NCBI GenBank assembly: GCA_047967505.1
Contig: CM106538.1
Origin: Dipteris shenzhenensis
Lineage: Eukaryota
Length of the DNA stretch: 64,000 nt
Direction: 5' to 3' (one strand)
Shown here piece after piece: positions 1-12,450 of this stretch. The position numbers and the translations under genes were made by a program. The notes under the pieces are model-generated. The model was not told where the DNA came from, ran no database searches, and saw nothing but the letters and a program-made list of their open reading frames with translations. How positions within the stretch are numbered: the stretch's first letter is position 1; each line of letters opens with the position of its first letter.

Positions 1-405
1 ATACCCTGATACTGATTGGGATGGTAGTATTTCTGATAGACGATCTACCAGTGGATAACATGAGCAGTTTACACTTGGCAAATAACATGAGTAGCTGATT
101 GGGATGGGCCAGTTGTCATTTATTGTGACAACATGAGTAGTATACACTTGGCAAATAACCCAGTCTATCATGCTAGAACAAAGCATATTGACGTGCATTA
201 TCACTATGTGCGGGAGAAGGTTCTAGTAGGTTTTATTGATCTAGTTTATGTCAGCACAGAGGATCAAGTAGCTGACATATTCACAAACGCATTGGGTGCA
301 GAGAAGCTGCGCAAGTTCAGAGACCTGCTTGGTGTGCAGGAATTGGGATTGAGCTCGAGGGGGAGTGTTGAGATATCAAGCTCCACTCGTGATATGCCAG
401 GGTGA
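1..405 (+). pseudogene. Ty1/copia RNase H 3' end (family A), decayed
   Basis: ORF 133..405 has copia RNase H motifs CDNMSSIHLANNPVYHARTKHIDVHYH and QVADIFT. The upstream part is disrupted. Very similar to the RNase H end at 43795..44625. Confidence 0.9.
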
Positions 406-739
406 CCATTGTGCATTTATGTCACTGACTTGTTAGTTGTAGATGCGGTTGGTACACTGCCCATGAATAATAGCTGGATGACAACTATCTTTATGTACTC
501 TAATTAGTGGTATGTACTCTAATTAGTGGCTCAGTTAGTATGCCAACTTAGTTAGCTGAGTTTGGTTTGACACCCACATATAGGGTTCACCTATTATTTT
601 GTATAGAGAGAGTTCTTTTGTCTTTCACAACTAAGAAGAGGAAAACTGTTCTCAGCCTCCACCTTTGTGTATATTCCCCCATTGTGTATGTGAGAAAGCT
701 GCAAGTGAGACTCCTTCCTTCTCTCCCACTCTCTTCACA
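366..739 (+). mobile_element. 3' LTR of copia family A
   Basis: Follows the polypurine tract (PPT) GAGGGGGAG, starts TGTTGAG and ends CTTCACA. Homologous to the reverse complement of 43482..43834. Confidence 0.85.
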
Positions 740-929
740 AATGAACCATAAGAAAAGGATGCAGGCTAAAACAACTTTGTAGTATACAAAATACCACTTT
801 GCATTGAGTGGTTCTGTTTCATGAAAGTATGGCCCTTGAGGGGTCCCCTTTAGGGGCAAGGGCCATATAGACATGCAACATATGTCCAATGGCAAGTCGA
901 TATGTCCCTTGCCCCAAGGGCTATATCGT

Positions 930-1170
930 TTACTTATGTTAGCATACTTGTTAGCACACTTATGTCAGGATACTGATGTTAGCATACTTGTTAGCATATA
1001 CATTTGCATAGTTATGTTAAGATACCGTTGTTAGCATACTTGTTAGCATATATATGCTAGCATACTTATGTTAGCATTCTTATGTCAGGATACTGATGGT
1101 AACATACTTGTTAGCATACTTATGTTAGTGTACTCATGTTAGCATATGTGTTAACACAAATTAGCTTTTG
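930..1170. repeat. Degenerate short tandem repeat (GTTAGCATACTT-like units)
   Basis: Repeated gttagcatact(t)/atgttagca units. This is the reverse complement of the gtgctaac motif dominating 2110..3640. Confidence 0.8.
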
Positions 1171-1269
1171 AATGCTTCCAAACAGTTAGTATTGCAAAAA
1201 TTGCAAACACTTCATATTGCAACTATTCCTCAAAGAATAGTTGTTACATGTCAACATCAAAGGGCATGC

Positions 1270-4060
1270 TGTTATATATGACTTCGTGTCGTTGCTGCTT
1301 ATCATCTGAAATGAAGAAGTGAACAATTTTAAAAAAATTTTCCACCTTATGGTAGTAAGTTATATGAACAAAAATTAAGACCTATACACTGAATGCCAGT
1401 GCATTTATTGAATCTCATTCTATTCTTTGAAAGCATAATTTTTTGCAAAGTCTACAACTGACACAACCATATCATCAGGGAATTTGAGAATACATTCCTT
1501 GAATTGAGGAGCTTGCCATCGGGCTATGTAGTTGTGTTGATAAAGTGCTTCATTTTTACTTTTCAAGAACTGCAAAAACTCCCAATATTGCATGTCTTTG
1601 TTCACAAGATCTTTCCTCTTCTTCTTATTTCCATGCTTTCTACAGTATCCACATATTCAAATACTTTCATAGTGATAGTTTTTCCTTCCTTCATTGTCTC
1701 TAAGGGGCAGCAAGCCAACTTCTTTATGCCACAATCCTTGCATTCACCCATTAAACACTTCCTATGATGGAAGGTTGCATCATTATGTGTTGGAAAAATA
1801 AATAATTCCCACAAATGAGCAACACCTTTGTAAGTGTGCAAAGTAGATGAACATATGTTGCTTGTGTCATCACTAGTACAGACAATGCATTTGCATTGAC
1901 ATTTCAAATGAATGCCAAACTTTTTATTGAGCATCACATTCAACTCATCTTTCAAAAAGGACATCTATACATGGTATTCATATCAAGCTGTCCTTTAACT
2001 TGTGCACAAACAGAGGCTTCAAATATTCAAATGACCATAATTGAATCCTGCACTCTAGATTTTTTTCTTTAAATCAGTGAAAGAGCTCAACTTTCTATCA
2101 AAAGAAAGTTTTGTGTTAGCAATCATAGGTGTTTATGACCAATCGTAAGTGCTGACAGGTAGTGCTGGTGCTAATAGGCAGTGTCGGTGCTAACAACAAG
2201 TAGTGCAAGTGCTAAGTTAAAATAGCTAGTAGGTGCAACAACAAGCATTGTAGATGCTAACATGAATTCCAGGTGCTAATAGGAATGGCAAGTGCTAATT
2301 AGCACACTTAGTAGGTGGAATAATAGGCATTGCATGTGCTAACTAGCATCTGGAAGTGGTAGATGAAGGTGCTAACATTCATTGCAAGTATATGTTCTAA
2401 AACCCAAACTAGAAGCGTTTGTTGCCAGCACATGCTATCAAGCACGTGCAATTGTTATTAGCACATGCATGTTATTGCATGTGCCCAGTACATGCAATTA
2501 CAAGCATTGCATGTGCTAACTAGCATCTGGCAGTGGTAGATGATAGTGCTAATATGCATTACACTTGTGCTAACAAGGATGGAAGGTGCTAACAAGCATT
2601 GCAGGTGCTAGCAACCAACCACAAGTGGTATAGGCACTAACTAGCATATGGAAGTGGTAGATGAGAGTGCCAATAGAATTGCAAGTTCTAACAAGGATTA
2701 CAGGTGCTAACAAGCATGGTGCTAGCAACTACAGGTGGCGCTGGCAAGAATGGCATGTGTTAACATGCACAAACATTTCTTGCCAACACATGCGAACGCT
2801 TCTTGTTAGCACATGCATGTTATTGCATGTGCTAACAAGCACATGCAATTACAAGCATTGCATGTGCTAACTAGCATTTGGCAGTGGTAGATGAAAGTGC
2901 TAATATTCATTGCAAGTGTATGTGCTAAAACCTAAACTAGAAGCGTTTGTTTCTAGCACATGCAATTGTTATTAGCATATGCATGTTATTGCATGTGCTA
3001 ATAAGTACATGCAATTACAAGCAATTCATGTGCTAACTAGCATCTCGAAGTGGTAGATGAAAGTGATAATAAGCATTGCACTTGTGCTAACAAGGATGGA
3101 AGGTGCTAACAAGCATTGCAAGTGCTAGCAACCACAAGTGGTGCTGGAAAGAATTATAAGTGCTAGCTAGCTTATGGCAATGGTAGATGAAACTACTAAT
3201 AAGCATTGCAACTGCTAACAAGGACTGGAGGTGCTAACAAGCATGGTGCAAGCAAGCAGTGCATGCACTGGCAATAATGGCATGTGCTAATATGCACAAA
3301 CATTTGTTGCCAAAACATGCTAACAAGGACATGCAATTCTTATGAGCACATGCCTGTTATTTCATGTGCTAACAAGCACCTACAATTACAAGCATTTCAT
3401 GTGCTAAGTAGCATCTGCTAGTGGTAGATGAAAGTGCTATAAGCATTGCAAGTGCTAATAAGGATTGCAAGTGCTAACAACCAGTATAGGTGCTAGCATC
3501 TGCAAGTGTTTGTTGTGAGATGAGAGTGCTAATTGCAAGTTCTATCCAAGATTTGTAGTGCTAACAAGCATTGCAAGTGCTGGCAAGCATTGATTGTGGT
3601 AGCAAGCATTGTATGTGCCAAGAAGCCTATGACATTGGAAGAGAGTGCTTATCAGAATATGACAATTATAACTAGCATATGGCATCGACCAAAGGTGAGA
3701 GGAAACCATCCCATGATTTCGGTTAATAGCATATGATAGTGGAAATCAACATATCATACTGTAACTATTTTTGCCAACTCTTTCTTGGCACACGTCCTTC
3801 TTGTTGGGGGAAACACGTGTCTCGGCCTCCCAAAATGATTGTACATGTTCCTTTATTTCATCACTGATTGGGCTAGTGCAATGTTGCTTCCAACATGCAA
3901 CCACCAATGAGAATAGTCCATTACCATCATCAACTTGTGCATAGACTCTGGATCTTGCCTCATACAAGCTATGCCTAGGAACTTGAAGTACCCTTGAGAC
4001 CTTTGCTAGGGGAATGCACTGATTAGAGTTCATTAGCATAGTCAATCCACTTTTCTTCAA
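1270..4060 (-). pseudogene. Sola2-like DDE transposase remnant, split by a repeat array
   Basis: Fragments in order on the minus strand: VQSFWEAETRVSPNKKDV (3746..4060); ELFH-FKEK..FEYLKP (~2000..2090); Cys-rich CLMGECKDCG (1602..1964); VVDFAKNYAFKE-NEIQ-MHW (1395..1605); HFFISDDKQ (~1295..1325). These resemble the DFAENY..Q.E.Q..HW and ISDD.HD motifs I associate with Sola2 transposases. Confidence 0.6.
2110..3640. repeat. Complex minisatellite built from GTGCTAACAAGCA-like units, with a higher-order period and inverted units
   Basis: Recurring gtggtagatgaaagtgctaat and gtgctaacaagcattgca blocks. A long block recurs at ~2399 and ~2927. A perfect 16-bp hairpin lies at 2802..2839. Confidence 0.85.
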
Positions 4061-4579
4061 AAAAAAAAGGCTGGTTGCTTTACAATGGCCAGTGTCCTAT
4101 GAACATTGTCAATGAGGCATGCTTGAACGTCACCTTTTCTCTTGATGAAAGGTCATGAAGGCCTTGGACCCGAGGATGTTCGAATATTGAATTGAAAATT
4201 TCAGTCTTGAGGTCTACACCCATGCCAGTCATCATGCTATAAAAAATTTTCACTATTTTGTTAACAATTCTTCACTTCTGTAAGTCATCAATTCCATGTA
4301 TAGTAACCTCCCTCCTACGTTTGTCTCTTGTGCACTGCTCTCTTTTCTTTCCAGCTTTATAATTCCTTATGACATTGTCCCATACTATTGGTTCAATGGA
4401 TCTTCCCATGTTGCCTTGCATTGGCTCACCTTGTTTTGGTAGCTCAAATGTAAACCCGAAACCTGCAATTTAGTGTAGGCTAGAACTAAGCAATGCTCTC
4501 AACGATGAACGTGCATATGTTATGTAGCACACTACAGCAACATAGCAGACAATTTCAATACAAAGAGATGAGGCACAAC

Positions 4580-6300
4580 ATAGGTGAACTACCTTCTCGG
4601 CCCAATCTCGAGTCTCTGAAGATGACCCTAAAGCTGATCCTTCTTGAGTGCGTTGGTGAAGATATCTACTTTATTTTGCTCTATTGGATAGTAGACCAAT
4701 TCCACTATCCCGTCCTCAAATCATGTACATAGTGATATTGAATCTCTATATGTTTTATGCACGCATGAAACACTGGATTTTTAGCAATGGCCATGCACCT
4801 TTGATTGTCGCACCTTAGCACAGTTGCCTCATCCTCTTGCACTCCCATGTGCCATAAGATCCTCCTCAGCCACACTGCTTCACAGGTAGCAAAACATGCT
4901 GCCTTGTACTCAGTCTTGGTAGAAGACAATGCCAATGTTGGTTGTATCTTATTGATCCAAGAGAAGATACCTGAACCTAAAAAGAAACAATATCCAGAAA
5001 CTGATTTCCTGAAATCAACATCTCCAGCCCCAATCTGAGTCACAATGGCCAGCCAACGAAGTGCCCATACCATAAGTGATGCCATAATCAAGAGTGCCCT
5101 TCACATACTTGAGCACCCACATCCCTGCATTCCTGGGGCTTATTGGAGAACCTGCTCAAAACGTCAACAACAAAACTATGTCCGGTCTGGTGTTGCACAA
5201 ATAGATGAGACTACTGACCAACTTCCTGTACCTTGCGATGTCTGTTGGTGGTGAGGTATCCTCCATAGACAGCCTCACATTTACCTCCATAGGTGTAGCT
5301 ATCTCCTTGCACTTAGACATACCAAATGCCTTCAAGATCTCCCTTGCATATTTATGCTGAGAGATGAAGATCTTGCCTAGCTCTTGCTAGACTTCAATCG
5401 CCAAACAGTAGTGCATCAAGCCTAAGTCTGTCATTTCAAACTCTATGTATTTATGCTGAGAGATGAAGATCTTGCCTGGCTCTTGCCAGACTTCAATCAC
5501 CAAATAGTAGTGCATCAAGCCTAAGTCTGTCATTTCAAACTCTGTGCTCAATGCCTTTCTAGTCTGTTGGATCATGTCTTCATAGTCACGTGTAATAAGG
5601 AGATCATCCACATATAGAACAATAATAGTAGATTTTCCACCTTTCCTATACACATACAAGTTAGCATCTGAGGCACATCTTTTGAAGTTTAATTTATAAA
5701 AGAATTTGTCTATCCATTGGTACCATGATCTTGGGGCCTGTTTCAGCCTGTACAAAGCCTTCTTTAGCTTACATACCTTGTTCTTAGAATGGGGGCATCA
5801 AACCCAGGTGGCTGAGCCATGTACACCTTCTCCTTGAGGTCACCATTCAAGAATGCTGATTTAACATTTATTTGATAAACTGGCCACTTTTTATGAACAA
5901 CCAATGATAGTAGTGGTCATTCTCGCAGTCGGAGCGAAAGATTCTTGAAAATCAAACCCTTCAACTTGCGAAAATCCTTGTGCAACCAATCTGGCTTTGT
6001 ACTTTTTCAAAGTCCCATCGGCCTTGTACTTTACCTTCCAAACCCACTTGGTGCCAATAACCTTTCTGTTAGGTGGTCGATCTACCAACTCCCAAGTTTC
6101 ATTCTTCATGATGCTGTCACATTCTAGTTGCATAGCGTTTTTCCAATCTCGATCTGCAAGTGCTCCTTTACTTCTGCAATAATCTTAGCCATCAAGGCCA
6201 TATTGACTATGTGAGAAGAAGCCCTCCTTTGCTCCTCAATTCTCTGAGACCGCCTTGGTCCATCTGCATGATGCTCAATAGACATAGGCATCTGAAGTCC
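4580..6300 (-). pseudogene. Ty1/copia RT-RNase H remnant (family unassigned)
   Basis: ORFs 5891..6133 (KWVWKVKYKADG..YKARLVAQGF), 5387..5755 (LKQAPRSWY, VLYVDDLL) and 4705..5091 (CDNQ, AKNPVFH). Several frameshifts and stops. Confidence 0.9.
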
Positions 6301-6319
6301 TAGTTGAACTCATTGAACC

Positions 6320-6701
6320 TACATCTTTACCACACGAACCAGAAAGAATTTTAGATAAACAAGAAAAAAGAACACGACATACTATTGGAAAGAATGTTTG
6401 GTTAAGTGGAAAGATGGATCTAAAGAGAGTTCAACATGGGAAAGGGTAAGCAATTTTCAGAGGAGGTTTCCCAATTTTGTTTTTGAGGACATAAACCATT
6501 ATTAAGGGGAAGGGAATGTTACGTCAGCCATAATCCCAGAATCGTCTGATGTGGTTATGGTGAAGTGGGAAATCAGAGGGCTCCACAGTGCTTGGTTGAT
6601 GGGAGCCTAGAGGGTCGGGGACTAGGAACTATCCTAAGCCTAGGCAAGAATGGGGAGTGCAATGTTAAGGCCTAAAGGGCAGAAAGGTATTTAGGTCCTT
6701 T
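6320..6701 (+). mobile_element. Chromovirus (Ty3/gypsy) 3' fragment: integrase chromodomain, PPT and start of 3' LTR
   Basis: Frameshifted PERILD...LVKWKDGSKESSTWE..FPNFVFED. PPT AAGGGGAAGGGAA at 6504..6516, followed by TGTTAC at 6517. Confidence 0.7.
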
Positions 6702-7064
6702 TGAGAGTGCTCTCAACAGAAGCACAACAGAAGAGGAAGAGAGTGAAACAGAGAGCCACACAAGTTTTTGGTGGGTGCAGAACACCCTAATCTTCTTTTT
6801 CATTCATTTATATATGTGTTTGAGTATTGTACATAGCCGAGGTAAAGGCATAGTGACCTTTAACCCCCATAACCTCCCACTAAAGGACAATGTGCCTTTA
6901 AGGGAGAACAACCACTGAGCATACTATCCAATGCCCATCAATACACGACAATACTCAAACCGCTAACTAGGTAGACTCTTTGTCAGCATATCTGCAGGGT
7001 TATCATCTGTATGAACCTTGACAAGCTCTATGCGCTTGTCCTCAAGTACCTCTCTGATGAAATG
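6702..7064 (-). mobile_element. Copia family E 3' end: RNase H tail, PPT and 170-bp 3' LTR (6702..6871)
   Basis: Minus-strand translation HFIREVLEDKRIELVKVHTDDNPADMLTKSL. The LTR is homologous to 41623..41789 and 61876..62045. Confidence 0.8.
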
Positions 7065-7459
7065 GTTTGTGAGAGCACACAGGTGGACGGAGACATCATC
7101 TATACTACATCAGTATTGAAGGAAATTTTGTTCCTCTCCAATTTGCTGTGTACTCTCTATTCTTTGTTCAGTTTCTATTCCGTTGCGCCATATAATTTAA
7201 TAGGAAATCATTCTAAAATTGGGTAAAACTCAATTCATTAACAATTGGCATTTGGCTAAGGGAGTCTACTACCACATTGAACTTTCCTTTCTAACATGTC
7301 AATTGTATTTTAAACTCTTGCATTAATTCAGCCCATCTAGCTTTTCTACCTTTAAGCTCTGGCTGATTGCAAATCCACTTAATGCTCTCTTGATCTAAAA
7401 GAACTAAAAAACCTAAAAAACTAAAAAAACTTGACCTAAAAGCTACCCATTTCCTATAA

Positions 7460-8160
7460 AACTCTACTTCTCCTCATTCTCTCTCACAACTTTCCTGGAG
7501 CTCCTCCACCACCTCCCCACCAAGGTACTCCCTCCCTCCCTCCCTTCCCCTCTTCTCCCTCCCCTCCCTTCCCCTCTCCTCCTGCTTCCCATCCCCTCTC
7601 CTCTTGCTTTCTCTCTCCCCTCCTTTCCCCTCTCCTCCTGCTTCCCATCCCCTCTCCTCCCTCCCCTCCCTTCCCCTCTCCTCCCGCTTCCCATCCCCTC
7701 TCCTCCCGCTTTATCTCTCCCCTCCCTTCCCCTCTCCTTCTGGCTTCCCCCCTCCCCTCCCCTCTCCCTCCTCCTGCTTCCCCCTTGCCCTCCCTTCCCC
7801 TCTCCTCCCTTCCTCCCTCCCCTTCCTTCCCCTCTCCTCCCCCTCCCTTCCCCTCTCCTCTTGCTTCCCCCCTCCCCTCCCTTCCTCCCTTCCCCTCTCC
7901 TCCCGCTTCCCCCTCCCCTCTTCTCCTGCTTTCCCCCTCCGATTACGAATCCTCTCCCTCCTCTCCCTCCCTCCCCTTCCCCTTTGGTACTTTTTTTTTT
8001 TGGGGGAGCGAGGAGGCGGGGAGCGGAGAGACAGAGCGCCTTTTTTTTTTTGGGAGTAGGAGGCGAGGAGCGCGGAGGGGGAGGAGAGGTAGAGGGGGAG
8101 GCGGGGAGGTGGAGGAGAGGAGGGAGGCGGGGAGGAGGGGAGGGAGGAGGGGGGATTAAT
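7460..8160. repeat. Polypyrimidine tract followed by polypurine tract (low complexity)
   Basis: About 520 bp of almost pure C/T (ccctctcctcc units), then T runs, then a G/A-rich tract. Confidence 0.9.
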
Positions 8161-8364
8161 CCCCCCTAAGCCTGTTGCACATGCAATAGGTTTAGGGGGG
8201 GTTAATCCCCTCCCCTAAGCCCCCAATGGGGGCCCTGTTGCGCACGCAACATCCCCTCCCCTAAGCCCCCAATGGGGGCTCTGTTGCACACGCAACAAGG
8301 CTCCCATTGGGGGCTTAGAGGAGGTGATTAACCCTCCCTTAAGTGGGGGGCCTTTGGGGCTCCT

Positions 8365-8910
8365 TTTTTTAAAAAAATAAAAAAAAATAAAACAAATTAA
8401 ATTAAATTACATTAGTTTTTTTAAAATTTTAAAAAAATATAATTTTTTTTTGAAAAATTAAATTAAATTTTAAATATATAAACAAATAAAAAAATTTAAA
8501 TAATTAAAGTAAATAAAATATTTTTTTTAAAAATAAATTAAATTTAATTTAATTTAAATAAAAATATCAAAAAATTAAAATTAAATAAATTAAAAAATTT
8601 TAAAAAATTAAATTAAAATTTAAATATATAGATATATAAATAAATAAAATAAATTTTAAAAAATCCAATAAAATTTTAGCAAAATTAAATTAAATTCTTT
8701 TATCTATGTTTATAAAATATTTTGAATTAAATTATTTATGTAAAAAAATATTAGATAAAAAAATAGTATCTGGAAATACTAAAATATATTTTTAAAAATA
8801 TATTTGAACTTTTGAAATTTTAATATTTAATATTTAAATATTTAATTAGCAATTTTTTTAATATTTTGAGTTTGAAAATCATTGTAATTCTCATTTTTTA
8901 TTTTTGATTA
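8365..8910. repeat. Extremely AT-rich low-complexity tract
   Basis: aaattaaa/ttttaaaa units with very few G or C, ending at an acceptor-like ctttgcag. Confidence 0.85.
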
Positions 8911-8924
8911 CTTTGCAGAAAACT

Positions 8925-10100
8925 ATGGCTTCGAGTTTTGGTTCCAAGGTGTCTTTCAAATATCTTGAACATGCTTGGTATTTTATGGAGCGCAAATCAA
9001 AGTATTTTTTGGTGATCATTGCTGAGAATGTGTCAAGCGTGAAATATTCTCCAGAGGCAGTAAGAAATGGTGGCATGGTCTCAACCATCAACATTAAAGA
9101 AAACAATTTGATAGAAGTTGGGGGCAAAGGGAAGAATGACGATGTGGTCTACAAGTTCCAAGTTACGCACAAGCACTTCTTGAAGCCCTTACCAGATTCA
9201 ATTGAGGGATCCCAAGAATTACTTAGTGCCTTGCAAGCATTGAAGAAAATGTGGGATGTATTTCCAAGTGGTGGTGTTGTACCTTCAGCAGCAATAAGTA
9301 CACCATCTATAACATGTAGCCTTCAAGTTGTACCGCCAATATCTGTGGCGATAACTATGGTATCTCTGATAAGAGTAACTACAATATCTATGGCAGTAAC
9401 TATAGTATCTCCAACTATACCTACACCATCGACTGCTGCAACTACATGAACAAGAAGGAGTGATCATGGAGCACATTCAAGTTCCACAGCTATTCCCAGA
9501 AAGAGAGCCAAAATAACTCCTACTCCATGTGCAGATCGTTCAAGTGTAGGTTATTTAAAACCAGACGAAAAATTGGATAGTGATGATTAGGAGAATCTGC
9601 AAGAAGAAGATACAAGTCTCGCAGAATTTTCTATAAGTGTGGCAGACTTACATCCTCCAGAGGATGAAGAATACATTTGGGGATTTTCACAATTCAGCGT
9701 GGCCACTATGGTTATTGATCGAGCTTCATTGTTCACAAATCAAAGAAAGCTAGATAAGACATTTGCACGCAAATTGTATGAAGATACAAGGAGAACAAGA
9801 ACTCCAGTTGTGACTAATATCACTCTTCATCCTATGGCGTTTAAGAGACTTTAAGAAGATGATCGTACATTGCCTGATGTCACATTTCAAAAGTGCGTGG
9901 ACTTTCTTGATGCTTTTGAGAACTTTAGAAGGAGTGACTTTGTTCGTGGAGAGGCTTTGTACCAAAGCCGATATGGGATTGACATCAAGAAGAGATACAT
10001 GCTGGCAAATAATAGATTCTTGGAAAGATGCAGGTTTGAGCCCATTGATGGGGAACATTTTTGTGAAGCTTGCAGGATCGCCCTTGATGAGGGAAGAAAA
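8925..10100 (+). pseudogene. 5' half of a decayed large gene with a ParB/DGQHR-like domain
   Basis: ORFs 8904, 9639 and 9870 share one frame, separated only by in-frame stops. Motifs NQRKLDKTFARKL and FEPIDGEHFCEACR. The frame is cut at a TIR starting at 10101. Confidence 0.55.
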
Positions 10101-11039
10101 GGGGGGGTCACTTAGTGTAATATGTCTATATCACGTGCGTGCAAGGGTTCTTTTCTAAATCCCTATGTAACCTATTTGTAGTATTTCCTAGTATCCCCTT
10201 TGTAAATTTTGGGAAATTTTATAAATCCCCTTCTGTAAGTATATTTATTTTCCTAGAGGAATTTTAAAAGTCCTTATGTGAGTCATACACTACTACTTTT
10301 GGAGTCCCTTTAGGTAGGATGAGATATTTAAACTGCAAGATCTCTACATCACCTGCATTATTTGAATCTACACACAAAAAATTGAGGTACCGACTGCAAT
10401 AATGGGCAATGCATAAGTTTAAGATGGGTTTGTGTCTTGATGATGCCATAAGGCAAGAGAAACAAAGAATAAAGACATATGTGCAAAAATTAAGAGGAAC
10501 AAATATCAAACAAGACAAATCATGTGTGCCGTACACCAAGAGCAAAGAATTGTGCAAAGTCACTTGAAACACGTAAAGAGCTCAAGAAACAACCTTTATA
10601 AAAATACTACATGAAAGATTGGGAGCTTTTATAAATGCTTTATATCTTTTAATTTTTTACAAAACCATATGTATGGGTGTTTTAGCTAGGAGAAGGGATG
10701 ATAGATTAGCCAATTTTACAAAGCATTCAATGACGATATATAATATTTATTTCTTGCCAAATACAAACATCCACTAAGTCATATCAAACCATGGTATTAA
10801 AACCATAGAGGCTGTACATTCATACAACATCTTGTTGTACCCGATGCCAAAATAGCATTTTTAAACGTGCTTAATGGCATTCATATAAACAAAAGTACCC
10901 AGGCGGTTGCAAATCATCCACTTCTGTGATTCAAGGTCCTACAAAAAAATAATTTAAAAAATCCATCAAGAGAAATCAAACTAAACTCAGCGCATAGTAA
11001 TAATCATAATAAAGCTTTTATCATATTAGAAAGATAACA

Positions 11040-12450
11040 AAGAAGCCCCTACCAAGTGCGTTTAATGCCCCTTTACAAAGTCATTGAATACATTCCAATC
11101 ATTCTCATCCAAAGTATACTTATTGCTTGGCTCAACTGTAAGTAGATTTGCATTTTCTTTCTTTGAAGTTGCTTCCTTTTTGGCAACCATTGTTTTGGCA
11201 ATCTTCAACAAGGAAGTCAGATTGGCATTTTCATCCTTTGTAGCATAACAAGACATTGCTTTATGTTTTGGCTTTTCATATATTTTGCATAAGCAAGCCA
11301 TGAGAGGCTCTAACCCAAGTATTGGGTAGTGTCTTCTCTCTTACAAGGCTTAGAATAACAACTGAAATGCTTCAAAATATAAGCATTTAATGTAGCAAAG
11401 TCTTGTGACCAAATTTCAAACAATGATGCTTTCACTTACATGCTTCATAGAAGTGGATGAAATAAACACTTTCCAATCAAAACCAGGTCTAGCAAGTCAA
11501 AACAAAACTGAATCCACACTTGTATTGAAGTTATTGAAAGCTTCAAAAAAACCAGAAATGCTAGAGTAGCATTTTATGTAGCATCATCTTCAAAAACTTG
11601 TCCAAAACTGTCAAAACTGAAAAGCTGAACTTAGAGGGCTTGTAGCTCACTCTTCAAAGCAAGGAAAAGAGGGCTTTCTGAAGCAAAAGAAAGCTCATAT
11701 ACCAGAGAAGGTCTAGCACAGAGGTTGGACGAAATGGTGCGCACTTTTGCCCGGGAGAGTTGCTACAGGCTGAAACTGAGTTTTGATGATTTCTCCCTCG
11801 TTACTAAACCAAATGACTTGAAAAATGGCTCAAAATCTTCGTCTTGAGGTCGCCCATCTACTCCTAAGAGGGCTCAGGCAATGGCGGAGCAGGTAGGGAG
11901 TATTGAGCAACAGAAGAAATTCGCTATTTGGAGAATGGCAGCCACCACAGACGTTTTTTCTTCAATTGCTTGCAAGTGGAAGTTCATCCATACTAGAGGA
12001 GTTTCCAGCTCAGAGGGTTTGGGCAATGGTCATTTGTAGGCGGAGAACCAAGCTCTCTAAGATTTTGGGAAGAAGGAGGAAGATGGGGAAGAAGAAGATG
12101 AAGAAGATGATGATGATGTGGCAGAAATGGGCTCAAGGGGGATCAAAGGGCTCTGATACCATGTTGGAATACTGAAAGGAAAGAGTAGAGTTGACACAAA
12201 TTCAGAATACTTGCTTATAGAATGAAGAAGAAAGAGGTCCTTAAGTAGGCACCTCATACAAGGTCACTGACATCACTGATGACCTCAGAGCCCCACAATC
12301 ATCTCCTCAATCTGCTCCTAGATTCACTCAATCATCCTATGTGGCTTTTCCACCACCTAACTGTGCTTGTGGGCACCTAACTGTGCCTCTAGCACTCACA
12401 CATAGAAACATAAGGTGTGCCTGAGGCATACACCTTGAGATATCCCAACA
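11040..12450 (-). mobile_element. Truncated non-autonomous LTR element, family B (5' LTR 12162..12450, PBS 12150..12161)
   Basis: LTR TGTTGGGATATCTC...TTCCAACA followed by the primer-binding site (PBS) TGGTATCAGAGC. LTR and internal region are homologous to 49890..52084. No 3' LTR seen. Confidence 0.85.

Noticed and set aside
7464-8169. Pro/Ser/Gly/Arg-rich ORFs (also at 43213..43603 and 49669..50061)
   Set aside because: These are artefacts of C/T and G/A low-complexity tracts that lack stop codons.
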